A stretch of DNA of 60,028 nucleotides, filler included, from Globobulimina sp. (Eukaryota), in assembly GCA_003354225.1 (NCBI GenBank). It is 12 parts of 12 records of this genome, joined end to end, with 100 filler letters (N's around TTAATTAATTAA, not from the genome) between each part and the next. Parts side by side here need not be neighbours in the genome. Positions count along the whole stretch, not along the records: positions 1 to 4,917 come from PIVH01000843.1; positions 5,018 to 9,933 come from PIVH01000844.1; positions 10,034 to 14,947 come from PIVH01000845.1; 9 more parts are not named here. One strand, given 5' to 3'. Of this stretch, positions 1 to 13,000 are shown one piece after another (position 1 is the stretch's first letter; each line of letters begins with the position of its first letter). Position numbers and translations under genes: made by a program. The notes under the pieces were generated by a model. That model was not told the origin of the DNA, made no database searches, and was given only the letters and a program-made list of their open reading frames with translations.

Positions 1-17
1 TACAAGAGACACAAACA

Positions 18-473
18 TTAATTTTTTGTTATACGGACAAAAGTCATAATGCATAAACAATTTAATTTATTAAATATATCATTTGTACATCCCAAATGTC
101 CTTGACAACCACCTTCTTTTAAGGCAACAGACTGTTCTGGTTCTTCATAGTTTGCTTCTTCAAATAAAAAACTCCATGAAATGTTAACGGACGATATTGT
201 TGATGGTAATTTTTTAATTTTAAATATATATCCAGATGTATCAGGTTGTTGGGGATGTGATCTAATAATATCACAGAAAAATACCACATCACCAACACCA
301 TATCTTTCTTGTTCATCCGGATAATTTGACAACAGAGAGACATCTAAATATGTATCATCACTATTAACATCATCAAGTTGTAATTCTAAAATAATGCCTC
401 CCTCTCCAAATTGCGCAGCCACTGCTAAACTCAGAGTGGTACTGATTGGACACTTGAAATATGGCTTAAATCC
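18..473 (-). pseudogene. Truncated ADP-ribosyltransferase (R-S-E / ARTC-like) domain fragment
   Basis: The open frame from 473 reads GFKPYFKCPISTTLSLAVAAQFGEGGIILEL...YLDVSLLSNYPDEQER, showing the STS-like (STT) strand and the E-x-E (EQE) catalytic motif. An in-frame TGA lies immediately upstream (474-476) and no ATG or upstream R-motif exon is evident. Confidence 0.55.
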
Positions 474-809
474 TCATTTGAAATATTATTATTATTAAAG
501 ATATTGATGACAGAGAAAGGATTAAATTACGATAAAATGGGCTGGAGAACAAATGGTAAATAATAATTAATTACAATTATAATAGTAAAACATGATGATA
601 TGAATATGATGCGTTTAATGAAGAAACAGAGCAATTGCAATCTACGGATGAGTCAGAGTCTCAATCGTCAGATTTGGCGTTTCATGTTTAAACTATACTT
701 TGTTTGTTTTTTTGTTTAGAAAAAGTGTTTTCATACAAAACTCTTGAAAGCATCCTTTCGTTGATCAGAGTCAGACTGTGTTTGTTGGGCCAAGAGTGCA
801 CTTTGAATA

Positions 810-3800
810 ATGGCCAACACATTGCTGGAATTCCCCCCGCAACAAACCTTGTCCATCAAAGAGACGATATCCACAGATTTACCTCAATTCATCCCTCATC
901 ATGAAGTCATATTTATGGGACTCACAGACTTATTCCAAAACAAATTAGGCTCACTCTCAGCCTCTGACCAATCCTATTTAGACTCTTTAAAATGCTCCAA
1001 CGACAACGACAAAGCGATTGCCTCGGAAATAGCCCGCTGGCACAATCAAATCGAGTATGCCAAGGACTGTGTGGCCGACATTGAAAACAATGCGTTATGC
1101 AAACGAATGCAATTAATATTATCCAACGTTGGCGAGGATAGAAAACAATTAAAAGACGCAGACGCGTTACCCTTTGCTGTCAACGATGAATATAAGTTTG
1201 TTTTGTTAGATTATAACTTGCAAACATTTCCCGGCGCCACTTCTGATTCCAACGCCATTGACGTTTTATTAAAAACAGGCTTACAAAACATGAAGAATTT
1301 AGTTTGTGGCGGCAAATGTTGCTGGCGATGGCACCTCATTTACGCGCAATTATTGTGCCGAATATCATTGGATAACAACGGCGTGGAACAGCAAATCAAT
1401 GCAGGTATATATTCTACAAAAAGCACTGCATCACATTGACATTGACATTGACATTGACAGCACAAAGCAAACTGGGCAGCGACGCAAATTCGCACTATGC
1501 ATATTTAGCATTGACAGGCGATTTATATGTCAAAATGAGGCAATTTGATAAAGCGCGCACTGCGTTGAGCAGAGCCTGCGGCATAATGCAGAATGATGGA
1601 TATTGTAGGACGAGACTGATATATTCATATTTATACGAAAAGGACTTTAATAAAGCGGCGCAAATATGGTCCGCCTGCTGCAATGATTTGAAATCAAGTG
1701 GCTGCGACACGGCGTTATTGGACAGCTACACAAATTACATGAATATGTATATGAGTTTGGACGATGAAAAGAATAACGAAGCCATAATGAGCTGGAGTGG
1801 CGAGGACAAATTGTCGTATCTTGGCACGGCGTTAAAGCTCTTTGTTTTGGCGTATAAGTCTGGGAAGTTTGTAGGTGATGATAAGTTTGGCATTGTGCAA
1901 GTTGCGGAGTTCGCCAATACCTCGGCCTGGACGGAGAAGAACAGCGATTTGGCGCAGGAAGCTACGCATTTTGAACGTATGGTGGCTTCGTTTATTAAGT
2001 TCTTTGTCGATATGTTTAGCAACGATGACATTGAGAACTGGGACATGCAGGGTATGCGTTAAAATATATTTTTAGAAAACATTCCTAGCTCTTTTGAGAA
2101 ATCACATTTTTACATGGCTACAGGCCCTGTATTGGACAACGTCTTTTCCTCCTTTCCGCGGCCAGTCTGTGACGACATTTTGGACGCTTTGAGCCTGGAA
2201 AGCTATTTGCTGGGAATGTTCAAATTGCGCTGGAAGGGCGATTGCAAGAATGCCTTTCGATTCAGCATAATCTGTAACTGCCGATTGAATATGAACTCGT
2301 ACATCGGCGAAGTGATTGGCTTTCAGAATGCCGGCAGCAGCGACATCGCCGTAGAAAAAATCAAAGAAATCCAGAAATTGGTTAACGTGGAAGCCTTGGA
2401 ATTGATGCCCATCGATGCAAAACGTATGAACCTCGACGACGAGAAGAACACAGACGACGCGGCACAGCAATTAATCGCAATCATTTCTAAAAACAACGAG
2501 AACTACGACGCGATGCTGGCCTTGGCCGACATCTATATTTGCGGTGGAAAGTGGCAGGCGGCGCTGTTGTTGATGCAACAGGCCGTCGAGTACGACTGTA
2601 AGGCATGTAACAAAAACCTGGAACTCCGCATGAAATGGGGCGTCATCTTGTTTTTCAACGGCTTTCTACCGCTCGCAAACCAAATATTTCGTGAATACGC
2701 CACCAAAGATTTCGAAGCCTCCGCGCATGGATATTATTGCGGCATCGCTGCCAATATTTTTTACGAATTGGGCAGGAACAAAGATTTGGATAAGATGGAG
2801 GCACAGGAAAAAATTAAAGGTTTTTTCTCATTTCTACACATTTTTTGTTTTTTGATTGGCTTTCCATAGGTTCCAACATTTGGAGTTATCGCTATTTGTG
2901 CTTTAAATATTGGGTGGAATTTTTTGTGAAAAAGAAAAAGAAAAAGAAGGCCAAACAGCCGAAATCTGGCGGCAAATCGCAGTATGACAAAGCCATCGAT
3001 TGCGCAAAAAAAATAATCCGATTGGATGAAAAGCACCCATTGGGACATGCGTTATTGGCCAGGTTTGTATGTTTTGTTTTGTTTGTTTTTTGATTGCTTG
3101 CAACAGAAAATCCCAACGTCGCATACAAAAAGGTCCAATATAGAATTGCTGGACACTGTGGATGGAATGAAAGAGCGTATCGTGGACTCCGTGGCGAAGA
3201 GTGTTAGTTTGGCGGATGCGTTGTTAGCGAAGAAGGAGATATTGGCGCGGATCTATTATGAGTGTCTGGTGCATTGCGGAGTGGCCATGTATCAGATTGG
3301 TGAGGATGGCGACAGTTATTACAAGAAAGCATGCCACGGAGCGCCGCACGGCGAGACTGTGCTGATGAAGCTGCAGCGGCAGCGGATTGTGAGTACAATG
3401 GACACGCAGCAGATCCGGGAGCTGTTGATTGAGATTCAGAGCAAGCATTTGAATATGAAAGATTATAAGAAGGCGCTGCCGTTGTTTGAGTTTGATGTGG
3501 TGTCATGCGTCAATGGTGCGGCGGCGTGGGACGTGTTTACAGAGAAAGGCGAGTTGCCGGAGACTGGCTTGCTTGGAATGAACATTACTAAGCCCGACGT
3601 GCAGCCGAATGGCGACAAAAAGCCGAAAAAGAAAGGTATGAATATGATACATGCAAATATAGCAAAGTGTAGCCCTCTTCTTTGCGTTTTACAGCTAAAA
3701 AGAAAGCAGTGCTGCCTGACACCGATGACGCAAAGGGATATATGCCGCCACCTGCACCGCCGGCAAAGTCGCGGGCATCGCCCGACGTATATGAGACAGG

Positions 3801-4917
3801 CGGGGTATGCATAGAAAGTGTGTTCAAATACGCGAATCTATGCAGCAATTCCTGGCCCGCCGAGCGGTTAACCTTTTCCTTGCCCTTTGACGATGCCATG
3901 CAAATGGGGCAAGCCTTGACCATGTTGTTACGGAAAGAGATGGCGAAGACGGATGGCATGGCACCCTCGCATGAGCTGGATCTGATTGGCAGACTGCATT
4001 GGGGCGGCGAGCAAGCATTGCAATACGTAATCGATGCCTGTCAGGGCAAAAGCGATGGTTTGCATTTGGGTTTAGCGAATTTTGCCTTTACGTACAAAGT
4101 GGAAGAGGGCATTGGCAGCGATGAACACAAAGCTTGTACCGAGAGTATGATGAATGTGACCAAGAACCTGTCGTATGAAGGCAAGGTAGGCTTTGCGGCT
4201 TTGCGTGGACTGCAATGTGTGTCGTTTGAGGCGGACGAATTATTCAAACAAGTGAGCACATTGAAGGACGCAGATGGCTCTGATTGGCTGTTTCATCGAC
4301 ATTATGGGCAATATTTGTTAGTGATAAAGCATGATTACAGCGCGGCGTGCAAAGCATTGGAAAACGCGTATAAATCGAATGCGAGGAAAGACCCAATGAC
4401 TGTGGGGTGGTACATGGCTGCTTTGAGCAAATGCAACGTAAATAATAATAATACTGCCGTTATGGAGCGGATATTTGACGAAATTGGCAAATACCACCAA
4501 GGCAACACGGATGCAGCGGTGATTCGCGCCGAGTTTCTACACGATTTCGACATCAAAACACCTGATTTGTATGACAGTTTATGCAAATCGGGGCCGACGG
4601 CCTTTATGCAAGCACGTAAACTAATATGCACCGCCAAATACGAGCGCGCCGCCATTGGGGCGGACATCAACAGTTTGTGCAAAGCCATCAAACCCAGCAA
4701 AAGCAACAACAAATTGTACCGCATATTGACTGCGTACTTCGCGAGCCAGGCACAGTACATTTACAACAACAGTTTGCGGCAATGCATCGAAGGTATGACC
4801 AAAGCAGGCACCATTTCTATGGATTGGACGCTGGGCAATGCGTTGACGGCCTATTGTTTCGCAAAGAAAAATGATTGGGAGTCGGCCATGAATTCGATAG
4901 ACCCGATTCCCACCAAA
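810..4917 (+). CDS. Large TPR/alpha-solenoid protein, multi-exon, 3' partial
   Basis: ORFs 810, 1436, 2114, 2845, 3026 and 3682 join in frame via GT-AG introns at 1405-1460, 2052-2075, 2820-2869, about 3067-3107 (uncertain) and about 3637-3694. TPR-like helices include ALTGDLYVKMRQFDKARTALSRA, AMLALADIYICGGKWQAALLLMQQA and YDKAIDCAKKIIRLDEKHPLGHALLAR. Confidence 0.7.
1435..1458 (+). repeat. (ATTGAC)4 microsatellite at the 3' end of intron 1 of the TPR gene
   Basis: attgac x4 directly precedes the AG acceptor at 1459-1460. Confidence 0.9.
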
Positions 4918-5017
4918 NNNNNNNNNNNNNNNNNNNNNNNNNNNNNNNNNNNNNNNNNNNNTTAATTAATTAANNNNNNNNNNNNNNNNNNNNNNNNNNN
5001 NNNNNNNNNNNNNNNNN
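4918..5017. other. Artificial contig linker N44-TTAATTAATTAA-N44 (first of 11)
   Basis: Identical 100-bp linkers with stops in all six frames also occur at 9934-10033, 14948-15047, 19961-20060, 24974-25073, 29984-30083, 34994-35093, 40003-40102, 45012-45111, 50019-50118 and 55026-55125. Flanking contigs are sorted by length. Confidence 0.98.
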
Positions 5018-5683
5018 GAGGTGTTGCCATGGCCAGGCATAGGCTTTTTGTCCCATGAGGCCGGGGCAGAGGGCGCGGCGCTTTTTTTTTGAATGGAAGG
5101 CCCGCCATACACGCCACGGGAACCAGAGCCGAATATGGAATTCGAAGCATTGGTGTTGGAGTAGGACGAGGAGGAATAGGCGCTGCCGCCGTCCACGCCT
5201 TTGATGCGGTTCTTAATATGGGAGGAATCGATGGTGGATTGTTGGAATACGGCCTGCATGGCGTCTTTCGCAGCTTTCCTGACTTGTTGATAGGGCGCAT
5301 CGCCGAAGACTGGATCGGGTGGGCCGCGAAATTGCTGCGCGTCGCGTAATTTGTCTGTGTTGCGTTGCCATGCCCGACGCCAATTTGGTGAGCCATTGTC
5401 GCATAAATACTTCACTATGCGTAAGGATTTGTATTTTATATATGGCTTACTTTTCGCTAATTTCTTGATCACCAAATCTTCGATGGTTTGGCATTCTGAG
5501 ATGGACATTGTTCGCGCTATTTTTGTTTGGTGTCATTTTAGATTGGAATGGTTTGTTGTGTGTCATTTTAGAATGTATAAGGACTAAACATGCTAATTCT
5601 TTCAATAAGTATCCAGATGGAGGGATTCTGTCATCTGTGGTCGCTTTATTGACCAGACTCTTTGTTTTTTCTTTTGATGTCAT
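5018..5683 (-). CDS. TEPSIN: Tepsin-like (AP-4 accessory) ENTH-domain protein, 3' partial
   Basis: MTSKEKTKSLVNKATTDDRIPPSGYLLKELA, intron 5517-5589, then SRTMSISECQ...KKLAKSKPYIKYKSLRIVKYL...FRGPPDPVFGDAPYQQVRKAAKDAMQAVF. ATTDD..P..GY and GPPDP..GD..Y..VR..A are tepsin ENTH hallmarks. Confidence 0.85.
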
Positions 5684-5765
5684 ATTAATTGTATAATGAT
5701 GGTCGAATGTTAGTGTAGGATTGTTGATAAAAAGAATTGAGTAAAAAACATTAATGTTATAAAGC

Positions 5766-6371
5766 ATGTCAGCTGAACTGAAACAAGAAGAAGAGAAACA
5801 ATCAGAGCTCGAAGTAAATGAAGCAGAACGTGAAGAGTTTCGAGATGCGTTTAAATTGTTTGACAAAGACGGGGATGGAGTGATTACCACAGAAGAGATA
5901 TATGAGGTTTTTATCTCATTGGGATTTCGACAATACACAAAAAAAGACATACAAAAAATGGTGGAAGCCATTGACATTGATGGTAATGGCACAATTGATT
6001 TGGACGAATTTATTGTTTTATTGAGACAGAAAAAGACTGGAAAATATGAGAAAATGACGTATGAAGATGAGTTAAAACAAGCATTCCAAATATTTGATGG
6101 TGATGGCAGCGGCGAGATAGACTCGAATGAACTATCGACGATTATGAATGCTTTGGGAGAAAATCTATCCAAACAAGATATTGAATTTATGATAAAATCA
6201 ATTGATATCGTTACGTGAACCTCGAAAACGCAAAATCGCATATTTCTATATTTGTTTTTTATAATATTTTATATATAGGATTCAAACGGAGCCAATGACT
6301 TTAAAGAATTTAAGAAAATGATGCAACTCGCTCCCATTCAACAGCCCAGCCAACAGATTCAAAACAAATGA
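5766..6371 (+). CDS. Calmodulin-like 4-EF-hand protein
   Basis: EF loops DKDGDGVITTEE, DIDGNGTIDLDE and DGDGSGEIDSNE. The fourth loop, DIDSNGANDFKE, is completed after intron 6210-6278. Stop TGA at 6369-6371. Confidence 0.9.
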
Positions 6372-6706
6372 TCAATGATATATTTTTATAAGCTTTATTT
6401 TGTGCATTTATGTGATGGTATTTTCTATTCAATATATTTTTGTGTTTGAACAATTTCACTTTTACTTTTCGGATTAACTGTATTTTTAACATTTGAAATG
6501 CGATGTTTTTGTCACAGAAAAACATAACAACTCAAGCTTAAGGAATAATTAACAGATCCAACCACATACTGTACATTCTAAGCGTTTTTTTCTCAGTTTA
6601 CGATCTGTCCCCCAAAATAGTAATTTTTACGATAAAGCAAAAATGTCTATTGTTTTCTTCCTATATGCTTGCATGGTATTTACTAAAAAAAAAACAACAG
6701 TAAATC

Positions 6707-9695
6707 ATGGAAACCAAACACTACCAACATGTCAACATAATACGTCTGCTGTTACTCTCAATATATTTTTCTATATGCAATGCATATTATTGTTGGACGG
6801 AATCCGAGCGACACGTACTTAAATTCATTAATAATCCAAACAAAAACATAACGCATCTACCAACAGTGAGACTTATTCAAGGATACTATCCATCACAGTT
6901 ATATATATTTGTAATTTCCTTACAATCAATGCGCAGAATATTATTACACAGATTTGCAATGCAATATGCCGCTTATGTCTACTTAACTGAACAAATGGGT
7001 ATTGATGTACGTGCCTGTTTATCTCATCTGTTTTCAACAAAATTAATATGCGCCAATGCACCATATACATGTTGCAGGTAACCTTTTTTCCAGACAACGA
7101 TCCAGATGCCATCTCCCAACGATATGATGGTTATGATGGTGATTGGTGTGGTTTCAATACATCTAACTCGTCAACATGCTCTCCACTGGCGCCATATCCA
7201 CGATTTTATTTTGAAGACATCAAAAATGATCAATATGACCTTTTATTTGAAATGTGGGATGTTATGGTGTTAAGTAACACAAACATTCAACTCATATATA
7301 TATTTACTATCAAATAAACTCACTGACAGGCGGGCTGGTGATGGTGCTGCATATTTCAAGGACGATTCAGTAACACACGGCGGCATATCAAACGTATATG
7401 GCGAAGGTACGTACTATGTAATGACCAGTGACAATGATTTCTAATCACAAAAACCAAAAAAAAGGCGGTTGGTTCATCCCCAAATATGTGTATGATGCAT
7501 CCCCGGAGTGGCTTTTACCTCAATACCTAAAATACAACGAAACACTGCGCCAAATATTTATTGATGCATATACGAAACATGCGGATAGAGATTACGTTGC
7601 CAGATGGTGGCAAGGATGGGGCTCGAAGCTGGATGATTATCATTCAAACTCTAACGCAGAGCCAAAATATGAGACACCAAACTATTCCAAACCAATTGTG
7701 TTTGGTTCCTATGAAGGATATGCAACCAGCCGCTATTCAAACGACTTGGTACATAACTTATTGGGTGGCATTAATTGGACATTCGCAGCATTTGGTTCTG
7801 AAGCAAATCTTACTGAATTTGTGGTTGATTTGTACTCCAAAGAGTTGCCGTTTATTGCTAGTTTGTACAGTCCCCATCAGGACTTCGCCACAAAATTGCC
7901 GGACAGCAGCGGTTATATGCAATTTGAACGGGTTGTGCTGCCAAGGAACCCCAACAATGATGTGGATGATGTATGTTATGAAAATGGACAATGTGCTTTT
8001 CCGTTGAGTCCTTTGTTGAAAATAGGAAATCCGAAATTGTTGGCACAGTTTGTGGAAATGTACTCATTCTTACTAGATTTTAAAATGAGTACAACCGACG
8101 TCAATGACATCATTGCGTATAATATAGAAGCCGGCAGTTACGATGGTTTGAGCAAACATGAAATGTGGATCAATGCAAGCTGTAAATGGTTGAAACAGAA
8201 ACAGGCGATCACTGATGAATGGTTTCAGGATATTGTCAGATATGACTGCATCTTTGACGATGTTAATCAAAGTAACTGTGGTTTTAACTATTATTACACC
8301 ACAATACACGATGCCATTGCCATGGATGAAGAGCATGCAATAATGCTACCATGGTATGGTAGTGTTGCTGCTAACTGTAGCAATTCAACAAACGAACCAA
8401 AATGCAATTGTTACAGTGACTATTTTGAAGGTTCCACATGTCGTGATTCGTGCCGTGGTGTCATTGGACCAATACAAGGAGAGTTTGATCATGGATTTAA
8501 CAATGAATCGATCATAAACGTTGGTAATTTTACTATTATTATTTGCAATGGCCATGGTATTTGCGACATGCGTCATAAAACATGTCTATGTGATGCAGGT
8601 TTTGGTGGCGATGCATGCGAAATTGTGTTCGCAGTATTTAGTTATTCTACAGGTTTAATCGTGTTATTTTGTATATTGTTTTTTATTTGCTTGGTTGTGT
8701 TATTTGTATCGATTTGGTGGGTTCATAATTATCGTCAATATAAAACCATTAAAGCATTATCGCCCAATCTTACGATATTATTTACTGTCGGTTTAATATT
8801 GTTATGTATTGGGGCTATTTTGTACTTGTTTCATCCGCTGAGCGATGTCTTATGCATATCACGAATGTGTTTCTATGGCATAGGCTCTATATTGACGATA
8901 ATGGCGCCATTGTGTAAAACATATCGTGTGGCGATTATATTCGCGCAAGCGATGCACTTGAAACGCATAAATATTCCAGATAAGAAATTGTTAATTTATT
9001 TATTGGCAGCAGTGGTGATTGAAGCAGTGGTCTGTCTGATTTATGCCATCGTGCATGAAATAAGTGGTGGTGTCGGGGTGATATATTGGAAGGAATTCAA
9101 TCGGGTTGAATATGTTTGTAATGATTTGCCGCAATATATTCTAGCTGCGAATTTTTTATATATATTTATGTTGATTGTAATTTTGTGTTTTTTTTCATTT
9201 AAAAATCGAAACACATATAAAATATTTAAAGAATCACGCTGTGCGTATTTTGGATCGTTTTTCGCATTGTTTGTGTTTGTGGTGGTGGTGGTTTTTAATG
9301 TGGTTGTTGATGATATTGCTATTGTTATAACCATGCAATCGGGAGCTATGTTAACTGCGTTATGTGTCATATGGGTGTTATTTTATGGCCAAAGAATGTA
9401 TAGATTTTATATGTATCCTGATGGCAGATCTACTGTGATTCTAAGTGCAGATAATAATACTAAAACAAGTAAAAATAAACACAATAATTATACTCCGTCA
9501 TTTAAGGAATATAATAAAAGTATACATTCAAGTGAGGAAATACAAGGAAGTGAAATGCCAAGTTATATTAATGAATTATATAAACAGAGAGGATTTGAAT
9601 CTACAACACCAACAAATAATAATCAAACGGCAACAATGAATGATTTGGCGGGAGAGACGGAAAGAAAGGGATTAATTAAAGTGGAGAATGACTAG
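6707..9695 (+). CDS. Class C (GABA-B-like 7tm_3) GPCR with N-terminal OpuAC-type solute-binding domain and EGF-like domains, multi-exon
   Basis: Signal peptide and about 4 short introns between 6899 and 7464. PBP2-like motifs: GISNVYGEGGWFIPKYV, FIASLYSPH, CAFPLSPLLKIGNP and ASCKWLK. EGF motif: CNGHGIC...CLCDAGFGGDAC. 7TM with class C motifs KTIKALSP, KTYRVAIIF and FKESR. Confidence 0.8.
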
Positions 9696-10033
9696 CTGAT
9701 TTAACATATTTTGCCATATCAACTCCGCTCTAACTGGCATAATTTACCTATATGTTTTTTTGTTTTGTGTGAAATCTGTCATCAATTTTGATTACATTCC
9801 AAGTATAATTATGCTTGTTCGTGAATCTAAAACGCATGTTTCTGACATGATTCGTCAGCGTTTTCACCACTTCTAGTTTTTAAACAGAAAAAATCAGTTT
9901 TTTCCCTTAGAAAATAGATTTTTACGATAAAGCNNNNNNNNNNNNNNNNNNNNNNNNNNNNNNNNNNNNNNNNNNNNTTAATTAATTAANNNNNNNNNNN
10001 NNNNNNNNNNNNNNNNNNNNNNNNNNNNNNNNN

Positions 10034-13000
10034 ACATCAGAGCCAAACTGTTTTGCCGACCAAGCATCGGCCGCATCATCAAATTTATCAAATAAGCCAT
10101 CATCCTTATTTTTCTTTTTCCGTTTAGGTAAATACCAATATGGTTTATGATATCCTTTGCTCTCCGAATTGCGCATCGATTCAATCAACCAATCATATAA
10201 CTCATTATCCGATGGACATTTTATCCCAATTCCACCAAAAAATTGTTTCCAATTTCGAATTTTCTTAATTCTTTTCACATTATTTTGTAATATTTGCCTC
10301 ATTTTAACAGTGGGCCGTCCATATAATTGATCCAATTTATTTTTCGTAATTTCAACCGATTGCAATGTTCCACTCCTTGCCGAATACCGAAATAACCGCA
10401 AAAATAATACATGAAACATACACAATTTGAGGGATACTTGACACGCAGCGAATGATTTGCTTAATCTTTGTTTTTGTGGCAAATTCTCATCCAACAATTT
10501 CTTATTTGCCTTCAAAATCCATTTTGCATTTCGGTCAAAACATTCTCGCAAATATGACTGCGACACATCATTCCACGAATATTTATTGCTCGTCGATAAC
10601 AATGCAATCCATTCACCCAATGACGACACATGTTTTTTATCTCTGTATACATTATTATTGGTTTTTAAATTAAATTCACGCAAATTTTTATCAATAAAGT
10701 CTTGTAAATAGGGATATTTGCAGATAAATGCCAATAATAAATGGTAAAACATTGTATATCCTTCCAATGCGACAATGCTTTCATGCAATTGGCCTTTCAT
10801 TGTACGTACAATCATTGTATTCATTAATGTTGGTATTATTTTGCAGATTGAATACGGATTAAAATCTGAGTATTCTTTGACATATCGCGGATCATTTAAA
10901 ATATCAGAAATGGATCGTTTTGCCCATACTAGTGATTTCTCGCCGTGCCGTTTGTTGATATAAACTGGCAACCAATGACTGAATGGTTCTTTCCATACAT
11001 TCATCCGAATGGTATATGAATTGTAGGATGTGGCTGATAATAAATCTAGTTTTGGTTCGATATCACAGATCATGGCACTGTTTGGGTACCTTTCGACGCG
11101 TACACCAAATCCTAAGATCTCCTCACGAAAGTTTTTCTTGCTGTGAAAACATTTCAATTCTTCAATCTCAAAACGTAAACCACTGCGAGTATCAATTATG
11201 CGTTCAAATAATTGACAACATTTCCTGTGTTAATATGTTTGCAAAATAATACAAATTATAATGTAAAAACATGTGTTGTCTGTTCATAAATTATAATGTA
11301 TATTATCAGCAAACCTCAATCTATGCAAATCGCCTCTATCTACAAACTGAAATATTAAATCATTGATATCATCCGATAACAATCCAAATATTGACTTATA
11401 AACAGCCACAGATTCATCAAAATCGTCCGGTAACATCAATCTGTTGCTTCTATTATGTTTAATCGCCAATGCATCACTATCAGCAATACGTACTTCCATC
11501 TTATTACGCTCCCAATTTATATTAGTAACCACCAATGACACTCTGTCACCAATCTCTATATTCGTGCTGCAATCGAATATAATGCGATTCTTAAACGTAG
11601 CTTCCAACGCAGTTTTATGTAAAAACGCATCCGCTTCACATCCAACATCAATAAACGCCGCATACGCCAACACACTGCGAACATGGCCACAAACCACATC
11701 GCCTTTCTTCAAATGTGACAATGGTCGAAACTGTGACAATGAAATCTCATTCACTGCGCAATCCACATCATACACATACAAATCACGCATAACATCGCCT
11801 ATTTTGATACTATCTCTCACCTGAGATATATGGCAACAATTTCGAGGCAAACTAAACGAACGCGGACGCTGATTGTCATAATACTGATTCTGCTGTGGTT
11901 TGACTGGTACAAATTGTGCTTGTTTAGCATTTTTGTGTCGTTTTTTCTTTTTTTTAGCAAATAACTCACATTCTTGTTGGTAACTCAATGTTTCTTGTTT
12001 GCAGCGCAAATACTCCTTAATTTTACCATCAATAATCCGCTGCGGACATTTAATCTGCGAAATATGCAAAAAAGCGAGTATGGACTTACCGTGTTTCTTA
12101 CAGCCAATATCAACATAAATGCCATAACGTATGATCTTCACCACGCGGCCAATGACTTTCTGTCCGAATTCAGGGAAATCAATGTCAACCACATCCAGTG
12201 TAACAGTGGAAAGATTATCCGTTGACGTCTGACGCTGCACTTTTTCATTCATTTCCCCATCATCATCATCGCTGTAATACGGCTCAGGTAAATGGTCCAT
12301 GGATAGGTCAATAAATGCACACCGACCGATATATTTATGTGGATCCAATACCTCACCGTTTTCATTCCATTGCCATGGTATAACCTCCGACTTTTCTTCA
12401 TCTTTCCACGGTACCTCCACTGCAGAAATATCACTGCCGACTTGGAGCAGTATCTCCTTCCATAATTCCTTGGTACTCCGCTGTTTAATGCACCTTTTTA
12501 TTTTGTATACAGTCTGATCGTCAATACAGCGGCATTTGTTACGCTCCACATTGATGATAGAATATTTATGGTCATCTCCGCGGATATATCCTTTGTAATA
12601 CGTCCCTTCAGACTTTATACGTAAGTCACGGATGTTTATCAACTCTGAATTCTTGTTTATATCTCTTCGCGTCGGCAATGGATGCACCACAATGACCCAT
12701 CGACCGTATGTATCTTGGAAACGGTTTAAAATCATGCACTTTTTGTACGTGTAGTCGGTGAATTTGTGTTTGTTGTTTTTGGAGGAATCTAATTTGTATT
12801 TTATCCACGTTGTCTTACCGGTGACGTAATGTGGGCCATTTTGCCACCATGACACTTTTTGTTGTTTGGTGCGTAATGGATTTATGCTCATTACACGCAC
12901 ACTGCCATCGGCACGACTGTATGGTTGGTATTTGGCCTTTTTCTCATCGTCAGACAGGTTTTTGTCGTGTAATACATGCCAGTGATACCCTTTTGGTTTG

